Assembly (NCBI GenBank): GCA_964354625.1
Contig: CAYHAK010000003.1
Span: 15,453 to 79,452 of the forward strand
Direction: 5' to 3'
From: an uncultured Candidatus Bathyarchaeia archaeon
GTDB taxonomy: Archaea; Thermoproteota; Bathyarchaeia; Bathyarchaeales; Bathycorpusculaceae
Length of the DNA: 64,000 nucleotides
A program made the translations under genes and the position numbers. Shown here piece after piece: positions 1-9,307 of the stretch. Numbering within the stretch: the stretch's first letter is position 1; the number at the start of each line of letters is the position of its first letter. Below the pieces are notes generated by a model, which had not been told where the DNA came from, did not search any database, and worked only from the letters and a program-made list of their open reading frames with translations.

Positions 1-343
1 ACGGTGGTCCTTGCTCAACAGTCCTCGTGAGGAAGCCGTACTGCGTTAGGATCTTCATCTTGTCGGAAAGTGTGCGGGAGTTTACGCCGAGTATTTTTTT
101 CATCTGACCGAAGCCTGTGGTTTCTCTCAGAAACAGTATGTACAGTATCTGCAGGTTCCACTTCTGAGAAAGCAGCTCGAAGCTTTCCTCCAAGCTCTGT
201 ATGGTTTCCCTCAAATCCTCTAGGCTTAGCTTCTGCGAGCTGAAGATACGCAGAAGGGTTTCCTCTATCCCGCCGAGATTGTCCTTCATGCGTGACTCGA
301 CAAACCTGCGAAGCTCGTCACCTAGCACTGCTTTGGGGTTCAT
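1..343 (-). CDS. HxlR-type winged-helix transcriptional regulator (N-terminal part; runs off the window start)
   Basis: Reverse-strand ATG at 343-341. My translation is MNPKAVLGDELRRF...SQKWNLQILYILFLRETTGFGQMKKILGVNSRTLSDKMKILTQYGFLTRTVEQGPP, which fits the HxlR wHTH pattern. It is absent from the ORF track because there is no stop inside the window. Confidence 0.75.
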   Translation of the reverse strand, partial: MNPKAVLGDELRRFVESRMKDNLGGIEETLLRIFSSQKLSLEDLRETIQSLEESFELLSQKWNLQILYILFLRETTGFGQMKKILGVNSRTLSDKMKILTQYGFLTRTVEQGPP

Positions 344-483
344 TGTTGCACACTTGGTGTGGAGGTGCTTGCTTCATGGTTTATGTGGTTTACCTATTAA
401 ATCTAGTGTGTAATATACACTGTATGAGGGTGATGAATACGGAACCCGCTGACAGCGGAGCTGGTGACCATCGTGACGCAGAA

Positions 484-491
484 GCGCGCGC
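484..491. repeat. alternating GC tract (GCGCGCGC), copy of the dispersed WAGCGCGCGCG motif
   Basis: Read directly. The reverse strand reads TTAGCGCGCGC. It lies in the divergent hxlR/pyrF intergenic region. Confidence 0.8.
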
Positions 492-583
492 TAATTCGCC
501 TGAGCTGAGGCTTCTCTGCTTTGCTGATTGATGGTTGGCAAAGGTTTTAAGCCCAGCGCATCAATGAGGAATGGTGTCAACCC

Positions 584-1354
584 GTGACTTTCCGCGAGGA
601 AATTGAGCAAACCTCAAAGAACAGAAAATCCAATATCATATTGGCGCTTGACTTTCCATTCGAAAATCCTAAAAACCGTCAAGACCTGTTTTCCAATGCT
701 GAACGCGTGTTGGAGGCCGCTCATCCCTATCTTTGCGCAGTCAAGTTCAACCATCATCTTGTTCTTCCGCTAGGCCTGTTTGACGGCGTCCAGAAGCTTG
801 TCGAAAGAGTCCATGACCATGAGCTCGTTACGATCATGGATTGTAAGGCGAACGACATCGGCGCCACGAATCAGGCTGTTGCCGAATACTACTATACTGC
901 AGGCTTCGACGCCATAATCGCCAACCCATTCATAGGCTGGGAAGAAGGGCTGAAACCCATCTTCGATGCGGCAAATTGCCTGCAGCGCGGCGTGATACTG
1001 CTCGTTTACATGAGCCACAAAGCCGCGTCAGAAGGCTACGGACAAACCATAATCGACTCCGAAACAGGCAAACAAACACCACAATACGTGACCTTCGCAC
1101 GCAAAGCTCTTGAATACGGCGCAAGCGGAGCAGTCGTGGGCGCCACCTACCCCGAAAAGATACGGGAAATACACGCAGTACTCGGCGACAAAGTGCCAAT
1201 ATTCTCGCCTGGCATAGGAGCACAGGGCGGAGAAATAACCGCAGCCCTGAAGGCAGGCTCGCGCTACCTCATAGTAGGCAGAACAATCACGGGCTCAGAA
1301 GACCCAGCGAAGTCAGCTAGAGAAGCTAGAAACATCGCTAGGCTAGGAAAGTAG
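584..1354 (+). CDS. pyrF: orotidine 5'-phosphate decarboxylase
   Basis: 256-aa ORF with a GTG start. Motifs ILALDF, MDCKANDIGAT and PGIGAQGG are typical of archaeal-type OMP decarboxylase. Confidence 0.9.
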   Translation: MTFREEIEQTSKNRKSNIILALDFPFENPKNRQDLFSNAERVLEAAHPYLCAVKFNHHLVLPLGLFDGVQKLVERVHDHELVTIMDCKANDIGATNQAVAEYYYTAGFDAIIANPFIGWEEGLKPIFDAANCLQRGVILLVYMSHKAASEGYGQTIIDSETGKQTPQYVTFARKALEYGASGAVVGATYPEKIREIHAVLGDKVPIFSPGIGAQGGEITAALKAGSRYLIVGRTITGSEDPAKSAREARNIARLGK

Positions 1355-1376
1355 GCTAGAATCAGACTGCAGTCTC

Positions 1377-1529
1377 TTATCGGTTTCTTCTTTCCCAAAG
1401 CTCCTTCTTGAGCAGGTCTCTGACTGATGATCTTATGGCTGAGCTTCGGCTCGGGTACATGTTTGCCCGCACCAACTCGTCAAGCCCCTCCAAGCAAGCC
1501 TCAGGCAACAAGACGGTAACGAGTTTCAT
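1377..1529 (-). CDS. ribbon-helix-helix (CopG/NikR-like) small DNA-binding protein, 50 aa
   Basis: Hand translation, below the ORF-track size cut-off: MKLVTVLLPEACLEGLDELVRANMYPSRSSAIRSSVRDLLKKELWERRNR. An N-terminal beta-strand followed by two helices gives the classic RHH pattern (V.V.lp..l...ld.lv....y.sRSe.iR.a). Confidence 0.6.
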   Translation of the reverse strand: MKLVTVLLPEACLEGLDELVRANMYPSRSSAIRSSVRDLLKKELWERRNR

Positions 1530-1595
1530 CCAATCACCCTGAACATAATATGCTTATACATATGCCGCAAATATAAGATTTCGGCCGCAAAAGGA

Positions 1596-1934
1596 CTAGG
1601 CGCTGAGGCCTTCTCTCGCAAGGCACACTTCTCTGAACGTGCCTTGGAACGTTTTGTACACGTCCTCAACGTGGAGGGTCCGGCGTTTGATTCCCTCTTG
1701 AACAAGGCCTGCGGCAACCATCAGCGAACCCACTATGTCGCTTATGGTGGGGTCTGGGAAAGCTATCAACGCTAGACCGACCTTTATGAGCCATGAGCGC
1801 TTGCCGTTTCGCCATAGCTGCTTCGTGACCCTGGCCTCTCTGGCTGTCTCTTTCAGAGCTTGCGCCAAATCCGCGTAGCTTTCGCTCAACTCGTTGATAG
1901 CGTCAGCCAGCGGCTCAAGTTCTTCAGCCTTCAT
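1596..1934 (-). CDS. hypothetical small membrane protein (112 aa)
   Basis: ORF with an N-terminal amphipathic helix and a hydrophobic hairpin, WLIKVGLALIAFPDPTISDIVGSLMVAAGLV. It lies directly upstream of the RHH gene on the same strand. I recognise no family. Confidence 0.5.
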   Translation of the reverse strand: MKAEELEPLADAINELSESYADLAQALKETAREARVTKQLWRNGKRSWLIKVGLALIAFPDPTISDIVGSLMVAAGLVQEGIKRRTLHVEDVYKTFQGTFREVCLAREGLSA

Positions 1935-2101
1935 GCAACCACGACTAGCCTTGCGTCAATATAGAATCGGAAGAGCACAAAAACCTTACCCACCGGGCTG
2001 TTCGAGCGACCTGTTTCAGATTCGCAGAACCCGTCCGATTCTGACAGAATAGTTGAAATCCGCCTTGACAGGACGTGTGCTTTTATCAGCAATAGTGAGA
2101 A

Positions 2102-2110
2102 GCGCGCGCG
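2102..2110. repeat. alternating GC tract (GCGCGCGCG), copy of the dispersed motif
   Basis: Read directly as gAAGCGCGCGCGag, inside the 780-bp ORF-poor region. Confidence 0.8.
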
Positions 2111-2718
2111 AGCACATTTCTATCCAGTTCAAAGCACGTGCTTTCCACGCCAGCCCAAATAATTGGAGTATGCCTGTGACACACCTTGCTCGGAATCCAA
2201 AACACTGTTACACACGCGTTTTACCGCGCTCAAAAGTCGCTCACAACAACCCGGTTATATGGACCTTTATATGGTGTAACAAGTTCTGAGCGAAGCCCGA
2301 GAGAACCGTTACACAGTTAACTGTTTCACAACCAGCAAATAATTATCTAAAAAATAATTCTACGGCTCACAGTTCAAAGCCCGCGCTATTGAAATCGTCT
2401 GCATATCAACCATTCTCAACACTTTCGCTCGCCAAACAAGTTAGCCCGTTTCGGTTCAGCTACAACTTCTACGCAAAACAGAAACTGGTTAACAAGGACG
2501 TGGGAAAGCCCAACCTAGCACTCGTGCGCGTAAGTCTATGCGGTCTACCAATGTGTTGCACGTGTTGTTATTTTATTTAGGTCGCAAGGATTGCAGGTTG
2601 GAAAGCGGATGAACTCCAAACTGGTACTTTCGTCTACTAGCGCGCGTGCCAGCCGTGTGCCATCGTGCTTGAGTAAAGCATAAAACTGGAAGTCTTTCTA
2701 ACACTGTAGAAGGAGCAG

Positions 2719-3930
2719 GTGACGCTTTTGGAAACGTTTGACGCAAAAGGGTTTGCTAATGCTGAGGTTGAGGAGATCAAGAAACTGGTCGGCAAAGAGA
2801 AGGCTTTGGTGGCGGTTTCAGGCGGAGTTGACAGTATGACTTGTGCGGTGCTGACGCACAAGGCCATTGGAGAGAAGCTTGTTTGTGTCATGCTGGACGA
2901 TGCCTTCATGCGCGAAGGCGAACCTGAACACGTTGCCGAAACCCTCGCGAAGCCCCCCTTCAATGTACCAATTAAGGTGATCAATGTACGCGAGCGATTC
3001 CTCACGGCCATGAAAGGCCTGGTGGATGCAGAGGAAAAGCGCAAGAAGTTCCGCGAAACCTTCTACCAAGTCCTTGGCGAAACCGCCAAGAAGGAAGGGT
3101 GCAAGATTCTGGTTCAGGGCACGATAAAAGCCGACATCATTGAAACAGTGGGAGGCGTCAAAACCCAACACAACGTCTTGGAGCAAGTGGGCATAGACCC
3201 CATGGAACGATTTGGCTTCAAGGTCGTCGAGCCACTAGTGACTTTGCTCAAGTGGCAGGTCCGGATGGTGGCAAGGCATCTGGGTTTGCCGGCGGAGTTC
3301 TCTGAACGCCAACCGTTCCCCGGCCCAGGCCTGTCCGTGCGCGTGGTTGGCGAAATCCGATCTGACAAATTGGAAACCGTGAGGAAGGCCACGTTTATGG
3401 CTGAACGGGAGCTTGCCAAGCACAAACCGAGCCAATACTTCACAGTGATTCTTGATAACCAGAAATCTTCAGACCAGACGGGCGTAGTTCACATTCAAGA
3501 GACCGTGGCGCGGCTGCTGAACGTGCCTTCTCGAAACGTTTACGTTAGGATATTCAAAGACAAGGCCACGGGCATGACGGGCGGAGAACGACGTTACGGA
3601 AAGGTAGTGGGCATAACGGTTGAGACTCTCAACGCGAAGACTCATCAGCCCTCCGTGCAGAGCCTCATCAGCCTACAGGCCACCATAATCACCGAAAACC
3701 CTGAAGTCACACGCGTATTCTACGCCACGAAGGACACAACCGAAAAGAAACCCTACGTCATCGCGATAAGGGCCATACAAACCCAGGACTTCCTGACTGC
3801 GCAGGTCTCCGAGATTCCATGGCCAACACTCAACACCATAGCAGAAGAGGCAATCGAACAATGCCACAACGTTTCAACTGTATACTATGATGTAACGCCG
3901 AAGCCACCGTCAACCGTAGAGATGGAATAG
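2719..3930 (+). CDS. guaA: GMP synthase, ATP-pyrophosphatase subunit (subunit B), with an extended C-terminal domain
   Basis: PP-loop SGGVDS, then QPFPGPGL and the C-terminal KPPSTVEME (canonical KPPATIEWE). At 403 aa it is longer than the roughly 305-310 aa I remember for archaeal subunit B. GTG start. Confidence 0.85.
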   Translation: MTLLETFDAKGFANAEVEEIKKLVGKEKALVAVSGGVDSMTCAVLTHKAIGEKLVCVMLDDAFMREGEPEHVAETLAKPPFNVPIKVINVRERFLTAMKGLVDAEEKRKKFRETFYQVLGETAKKEGCKILVQGTIKADIIETVGGVKTQHNVLEQVGIDPMERFGFKVVEPLVTLLKWQVRMVARHLGLPAEFSERQPFPGPGLSVRVVGEIRSDKLETVRKATFMAERELAKHKPSQYFTVILDNQKSSDQTGVVHIQETVARLLNVPSRNVYVRIFKDKATGMTGGERRYGKVVGITVETLNAKTHQPSVQSLISLQATIITENPEVTRVFYATKDTTEKKPYVIAIRAIQTQDFLTAQVSEIPWPTLNTIAEEAIEQCHNVSTVYYDVTPKPPSTVEME

Positions 3931-3985
3931 CCAAACTGGGAAAAGGTATAAGGCATCTCTAGCGCTTTAGCCTAGAGGTGAAACA

Positions 3986-4312
3986 ATGCTTCGCGTCAGA
4001 GTAAGCAAGATTGAGTCAATTCGTGACTTGGATGGTAATCTTGGTAAGCGTATTGAGTTGCTTGAGGACAGGGATGTTCCGAGCTTCGTGATGAGGCCGC
4101 GGACGGAGGAGGCACAGATGGTCCAGGACGTGCTTCAGGCCCTGCAGCAGCAGATGCCCATGCTTGCGCCAAAAGGCCAGCTGGCCATGCCTAAGATGAT
4201 CCTGTTCCTCACCGAGCAGGAATACGAAAACCTCGGCATCAGCTTCGACGTGAACCAAGTTTACGAAATAGACCTCGAAAACCAAACCATCAAACTCAAG
4301 AAACCCGCATAA
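3986..4312 (+). CDS. hypothetical protein (108 aa)
   Basis: Clean ORF with an ATG start and non-repetitive composition. I recognise no family. Confidence 0.55.
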   Translation: MLRVRVSKIESIRDLDGNLGKRIELLEDRDVPSFVMRPRTEEAQMVQDVLQALQQQMPMLAPKGQLAMPKMILFLTEQEYENLGISFDVNQVYEIDLENQTIKLKKPA

Positions 4313-4631
4313 TCGAACTCCTCATGCTCCTCAGCGCCGTGTGCCTCGGATGGAACGAAAGCACAAACATCATGTTCCTCAAAGCATTGTAGATTTGCTG
4401 CATATCTGATCTTTCGGCGTTGTCGCAGTAGATCGGGATCGGCTCACCGCCTCCCTCCTTGTAGTAAACGTAGATCGGGGCAAACTCCTTCCGAAAAGTC
4501 ACAACTTCCACATTGAGCTTTAGGAGGCTTGCCATCTTCTCCGCTGCACTGCTGATAGGTTTCAAACGCTTCTCACGAGACGAGAAACTGGACGCGTAAA
4601 CGAGCAGCTTGCCACCTGAATCCTCAAGCAT
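4296..4631 (-). CDS. hypothetical protein (111 aa from the internal ATG; the ORF is open up to 4787)
   Basis: The ORF is 4296..4787. The longest form would overlap the acyP start, so I prefer ATG at 4631 (MLEDSGGKLLVYASS...). No family recognised. Confidence 0.45.
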   Translation of the reverse strand: MLEDSGGKLLVYASSFSSREKRLKPISSAAEKMASLLKLNVEVVTFRKEFAPIYVYYKEGGGEPIPIYCDNAERSDMQQIYNALRNMMFVLSFHPRHTALRSMRSSIMRVS

Positions 4632-4745
4632 GGCCTCCACCAAACGTGACTTGCCGCATAGCCCATTTAAGACCAGCCTCAATACGACACATCTAGACGG
4701 CGGAGAGAGACAAGTTGAAATGAACACACAAAGCATTGAGGAACT

Positions 4746-5006
4746 ATGAAGACCCAAGCGCACGCCTTTGTCAGTGGCAGAGTTCAAGGCGTATTCTTCA
4801 GGTCAGAAATGAGACGTGAAGCCACAAGACGAGGCGTCAGAGGCTGGGTCCGGAACCTTCCTGACGGCAGAGTTGAAGCCATATTCGAGGGCGAAGAACA
4901 GAACGTGAAGGCGCTTGTTGAGTTCTGCCGCGCGCTAGTCACTGATGTAGAGATCACATGGGAAAACCTCACGGACCAGTTCAGAGGATTTGAAATGATA
5001 TACTAG
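4746..5006 (+). CDS. acyP: acylphosphatase
   Basis: 86 aa. It carries the signature VSGRVQGVFFR and a later GWVRNLPDGRVE. Confidence 0.9.
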   Translation: MKTQAHAFVSGRVQGVFFRSEMRREATRRGVRGWVRNLPDGRVEAIFEGEEQNVKALVEFCRALVTDVEITWENLTDQFRGFEMIY

Positions 5007-5058
5007 TAACCCGACTTCGCAGGGAGACAGGACTTCAACTTACGTCAGTATAGGCTTA

Positions 5059-5067
5059 GCGCGCGCG
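5059..5067. repeat. alternating GC tract, copy of the dispersed motif
   Basis: Read directly as cTTAGCGCGCGCGgg, between the convergent stops of acyP and the 5101..5526 gene. Confidence 0.8.
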
Positions 5068-5100
5068 GGCTAGAACGCCTCAAGCATGCAGTTCTACCTT

Positions 5101-5526
5101 CTAGGCTGCTTTCTTGGGCACTCTGAAGTGTGACGCCTTTCCTGCGCTTATGTATTCTCCGCCTATCCCGCGTACGGTTGAGGCTATCTTCGAGAAGTTC
5201 TCTGAGCCGAGGAACTGTCTTGGCTTGATCACTACATAACCCTCTGTCTCCTCGAAGCTCAGCAGGTTTTCGAGATCATCTGGAAACATCATCTTGATGT
5301 CTTCGACGGCCTTGGATTTTTCGGGAATCTGGGGCATGTGCAACAAAGCTGGCGGCGGCGGCGCAACCGTGGCTGCAGGCTGAGTGAATCTTGCCACTGC
5401 TAGCTGCTTCAGCGAGGCGGAAACTTGCCGCAGGTCCTCCATCATCCCTGTCAGAATCACAACGAGCTCATCAACCCTTCTCGTCAGGTTCTCAATCTTC
5501 TCCCTATCCTCAGACATAAACCTCAA
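5101..5526 (-). CDS. hypothetical protein: coiled-coil N-terminus, Pro-rich linker, small C-terminal domain
   Basis: 141-aa ORF. It has a heptad-like N-terminus, the linker APPPPALL, and C-terminal YVVIKPRQFLGSENFSKIASTVRGIGGEYISAGKASHFRVPK. No family recognised. Confidence 0.55.
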   Translation of the reverse strand: MRFMSEDREKIENLTRRVDELVVILTGMMEDLRQVSASLKQLAVARFTQPAATVAPPPPALLHMPQIPEKSKAVEDIKMMFPDDLENLLSFEETEGYVVIKPRQFLGSENFSKIASTVRGIGGEYISAGKASHFRVPKKAA

Positions 5527-5601
5527 TCCTTCAAACCCTTAATACTCTCATGCAATTATTAATCGTTTTTGACCCCACAACAGCAGGAATACACATCCTA
5601 T

Positions 5602-6639
5602 ATGATAGAAATCGACGGCAGCCAAAAAAGTGGAAGCGGAACCATCCTCAGAATAGCCGTGGCCCTAGCAGCGACGCGAGGCGAACCTCTGCACATCTAC
5701 AACATAAGGCAAAACCGCCCACAACCAGGCCTGAAACCCCAACACCTCGAGGCTGTGCTGACCGCTGCAAGACTCTGCGATGCCGAACTGCAAGGAGCCA
5801 CTCTAAACTCACGCGAACTCTGGTTCAAACCCAAGACGATCAGAGGCGGGAGAATCGAGGCTGAAATCGGCACCGCCGGGAGCATCCCCATGCTCTTGAT
5901 GGCGGTCTTGCCCATCTGCGCCTTCGCTGAAACCGCCATCGAACTTCACGTCTCCAAGGGCGGAACAGACGTTCAACACTCACCCGCCATCAACTACATA
6001 CGCTTCGTCCTGTTGCCAACACTCAAAAACATAGGACTGGACGCAACATTGGTAGTCCAGAAATATGGCTACTATCCGAGGGGAAACGGTGAAGCAACAA
6101 TAACCGTAAAGCCGTGCAAATCGTTGAAGCCTTTGTGCTTGGAAACCTTCGGCACCGTGAAGGCCGTTAAAGGTATTTCTGTCTGTACGTTTCTTGCTGA
6201 AAGAAAGGTGGCAAAACGCCAAGCAGAAGCCGCAAAAGACTGTCTCAAGCGAAGAGGCTACGCCGCGGACATTCAAGTGATAGACGACAGGTCGAACCCT
6301 CTGCAGAAGGGCAGTTCTATCGTTCTCTGGGCCGAAACAGACACTGGAGTTATTCTTGGTGCTGACGCTATAGGCGAACTTGGAAAACCAAGCGAGGCCG
6401 TGGGTACTGAGGCTGCTGGAAAATTCTGGACCGAGCTTTCAGCAAAGCCCACCGTTGACACCCATCTGGCGGACATTCTAATTCCATATCTTGCCTTGGT
6501 CCAAGGCAAGTCAACATGCTTAACCCGAACGCCCACTGAACACTTGAAGACAAACATCTGGCTTGCCGAAAGAATTCTCAAAAGAGAATTCCGCATTCAA
6601 AAAGCGGACGACCTCTGCAGGATTGAAACCACAATCTGA
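5602..6639 (+). CDS. rtcA: RNA 3'-terminal phosphate cyclase
   Basis: MIEIDGSQKSGSGTILR... is the typical RtcA N-terminus, and the roughly 345-aa length fits. I chose ATG at 5602; the ORF is open from 5569. Confidence 0.9.
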   Translation: MIEIDGSQKSGSGTILRIAVALAATRGEPLHIYNIRQNRPQPGLKPQHLEAVLTAARLCDAELQGATLNSRELWFKPKTIRGGRIEAEIGTAGSIPMLLMAVLPICAFAETAIELHVSKGGTDVQHSPAINYIRFVLLPTLKNIGLDATLVVQKYGYYPRGNGEATITVKPCKSLKPLCLETFGTVKAVKGISVCTFLAERKVAKRQAEAAKDCLKRRGYAADIQVIDDRSNPLQKGSSIVLWAETDTGVILGADAIGELGKPSEAVGTEAAGKFWTELSAKPTVDTHLADILIPYLALVQGKSTCLTRTPTEHLKTNIWLAERILKREFRIQKADDLCRIETTI

Positions 6640-6907
6640 GCACGGAGCTGGCGAACAGCCGACGTGCAGCGCCCGCGAAACAGCCTTCCTACATGGGAAA
6701 CGATAACGTTCACCTTTGAAGGAGCATAGTTCCAGAATTCACGGCTTTGACCTCCGTACTGTGCTGGCACTCGCATCAGCGATTCTGCTTTATCTACGCA
6801 AGCGTTCAATGATTATTGTCTAGCCAACTTCTCTTTTTCTGCAATAGATTATAACCTGCATCGCACTGCATAATAGCCATCAAACGACCTTTCAGGGCAG
6901 ATGTTTC

Positions 6908-7696
6908 ATGAGGAGTGTTGATCGAAAGAGGTTGATTCAGAGATACTATTCTGCTAGAGCTAAGGATTACGACCGTCAGAAGAGCAGGACTTGGAAAACT
7001 AGCCAAGGTTTTGGGAATGGTGTATTGGGCCGAGTACTCAGTGATTTGGATGGCCTTGGAAGCGGCTTGGTGTTGGAGGTGGGCGTGGGCAGCGGCAGAA
7101 ACGCCCTCCCCATGCTGGAGAAAGTCAGGCCGCAGTTTGTAGGGATCGACCTGTCAAAAGAAATGCTTGAGCAGGCCAAGAAGAAGCTGTGTGCCTTCAA
7201 GGGAAGCTACGATCTTGTTCTAGGAGACGCTGAACACTTGCCCTTCGTGGCCGGCGCCTTTGACAAGCTGGTCTGTATGAACGCGATACACTACTTCGAC
7301 AGACAAGACATGGTCATGCGAAGGTTTCGGGAGATTCTGAAGGAAAGAGGGACTTTTGTGTATGGTGACCTGACGGTGCACGAACTCGACAACGAGGGCT
7401 TCTTCGAGAGGCTGGAGAGAACAGTCTCCAAAGCTCACGCAGGTTACCGCAAGCCTTCAGAGATCAAGGGTCTTCTGGAAACCTGCGGCTTCGCTGAGTC
7501 GAGAATCGCCACGTTCGGCTATCGAAAGTCTTATCGCTCGCTGATGGAGGACAAAGGTGAATACTTCGGCGTGCCTGCTGGGACGCTCAACAAACATGTA
7601 CAATCAGCCTCCACTAGCGCGAAAGCACGATACGACCTCACCGACACCGAATTAACCCTCTACTACACGGTAGCAAGTGCACAAAGGCAGAACTGA
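6908..7696 (+). CDS. class I SAM-dependent methyltransferase
   Basis: Motif I LEVGVGSGRN, followed by the acidic post-I residue in GIDLS. Confidence 0.8.
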   Translation: MRSVDRKRLIQRYYSARAKDYDRQKSRTWKTSQGFGNGVLGRVLSDLDGLGSGLVLEVGVGSGRNALPMLEKVRPQFVGIDLSKEMLEQAKKKLCAFKGSYDLVLGDAEHLPFVAGAFDKLVCMNAIHYFDRQDMVMRRFREILKERGTFVYGDLTVHELDNEGFFERLERTVSKAHAGYRKPSEIKGLLETCGFAESRIATFGYRKSYRSLMEDKGEYFGVPAGTLNKHVQSASTSAKARYDLTDTELTLYYTVASAQRQN

Positions 7697-7709
7697 AACC
7701 GGTGATTCG

Positions 7710-8780
7710 ATGCCTCAGCAAACGATCTGCCTTAAGGTCCCAAAGAGATATGGCGAGAAGATTCTGGCCCTCGCCAACAAGTTGGTAATCACCAACAAGG
7801 AAATAAAGATAGAGAGAGACGAAAAATCCATCTGGTTACCATTACTGCGAGAACCGTCAAACGACGTCTTACAGGCTCTCAAAGAGGAGGCACCAGAACT
7901 CGAATTCTCAACCCATGCCTTTCAAGAGAGGAAAAAACGGGTACCCTCGCTCGCTGACCTGCTCGCAGGCAAGCTACCAACTGACTTACTGGGAAGCCTA
8001 CCCCATTCAGCAGATCTTGTAGGCGACATAGCCGTAATCGAGATCCCACGAGAGCTCAACGCCTACGAGAGAGAGATCGGGGAAGCTATCTTGAAGGCAA
8101 ACAAGAACGTGCGAACCGTGCTCGGCAAGGCTGGAGCGATTGGCGGAACCTACCGCGTGAGAAGCTACAATGTACTTGCTGGCGAACCGAAGACTGAGAC
8201 AGTACACAAAGAATACGGCTGCCAATATTGCGTGGACATTGCTGAAGCCTATTTCTCCCCCCGCCTCTCAAACGAGCACAACAGGGTGGCCACACTTGTC
8301 AAAGAAGGGGAGACCGTCGTGGACCTGTTCGCCGGCGTGGGGCCTTTCGCGATGAGAATCGCCAAAGCCCACGAAAATGTCAAAGTCTACGCGATCGACG
8401 TGAATCCAGACGCAGTTGAATACCTAAAGAGGAATATCAAGCTCAACAGAGTTGAAGGAAAGGTTCATGCATTGCTGGGTGATGCAAGGCAAATCGTTAA
8501 CGAAAGGCTTGCAGGCTTCGCGGATCGCGTGATCATGAACTTGCCCGAAAGGGCCATGGACTTCGTGGATGTGGCCTGTGCCGCAATCAAGCCGTCAGGC
8601 GGCACCGTGCACTTCTACGGCTTCGTCAGCGCCTCAGAGCCGCTTGGAAGCATGAAGCTTCACTTCACTGAGGCGGTTGAGAAGTGCGAAAGAAGAGCTT
8701 ATGAAGCCATGCCTTCGAGGCTTGTTCGGGCCACTGCACCCCGCGAGTGGCAAGCGGTGCTGGACGCCCGCATCAGCTAG
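7710..8780 (+). CDS. trm5: tRNA (guanine37-N1)-methyltransferase Trm5/Taw22 family (Met-10+ like)
   Basis: VVDLFAGVGPFAMRIA, NLPE and an archaeal Trm5-like N-terminal domain. I chose ATG at 7710; the ORF is open from 7677. Confidence 0.85.
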   Translation: MPQQTICLKVPKRYGEKILALANKLVITNKEIKIERDEKSIWLPLLREPSNDVLQALKEEAPELEFSTHAFQERKKRVPSLADLLAGKLPTDLLGSLPHSADLVGDIAVIEIPRELNAYEREIGEAILKANKNVRTVLGKAGAIGGTYRVRSYNVLAGEPKTETVHKEYGCQYCVDIAEAYFSPRLSNEHNRVATLVKEGETVVDLFAGVGPFAMRIAKAHENVKVYAIDVNPDAVEYLKRNIKLNRVEGKVHALLGDARQIVNERLAGFADRVIMNLPERAMDFVDVACAAIKPSGGTVHFYGFVSASEPLGSMKLHFTEAVEKCERRAYEAMPSRLVRATAPREWQAVLDARIS

Positions 8781-8857
8781 GCCACCGCGAGAATTCAAGC
8801 AAAAAGGCTCCACACCCAATTCGCCCATTAAGCCCGTCATCGTGTTAGGCACAGGGT

Positions 8858-9283
8858 TCAGGTTCTCACAGATAATGTGATTTTCACTTCCTGCCTCGGG
8901 TTTCTCAGTTTCTGCACGAGCTTTCGTGACAACTCGTAGGCTGCCCTGTTTGCCTTGATCGCCAACGTGCGCTCACAAACGTGGCTGCTTTTTCTCACAA
9001 CCATGTCGGATGGATGTACCAGCAGAAGCTGCGGGCTCCCCTGAGCCAACACCGTTTCCACCATGTTGTCTGCCTCAATCAGAATCGTGATCCTCGCATT
9101 CTCACTGAGCAAGCCTTTCCTGAACTCTTCGCCCAGATCGGCTAATGCCTTGTCAGCGGACACTGCGATTATGCAGTCGCCCTCCCTTGTCAGATGCGAT
9201 TCTCTAGTTATTTCCAGCGTGGAGTGATGCGCGGCCAGGATGTTCTCATGCCCGAAGGCGTGGATAACTTCCTTGATTTGCAG
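8858..9283 (-). CDS. DUF371-like protein; start codon unresolved
   Basis: The reading frame is open from 9295. The conserved-looking N-terminus ...IKEVIHAFGHENILAAHHSTLEITRESHLTREGDCIIAVSADKA lies upstream of the first GTG (9163). No ATG/GTG/TTG is in frame between 9295 and 9163. The family call is from memory of the GH.NI.A.H.TT.E.T...GDCI pattern. Confidence 0.6.
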   Translation of the reverse strand: MQIKEVIHAFGHENILAAHHSTLEITRESHLTREGDCIIAVSADKALADLGEEFRKGLLSENARITILIEADNMVETVLAQGSPQLLLVHPSDMVVRKSSHVCERTLAIKANRAAYELSRKLVQKLRNPRQEVKITLSVRT

Positions 9284-9307
9284 GGCAGTGCACCATCAAT
9301 GGTCTAA

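Noticed and set aside
4632-4787. N-terminal extension of the 4296 ORF containing GLCGKS, a P-loop-like sequence.
   Set aside because: It does not satisfy GxxxxGK[ST]. The extension is Cys/Ser/Leu-rich and would overlap the acyP start in divergent orientation.
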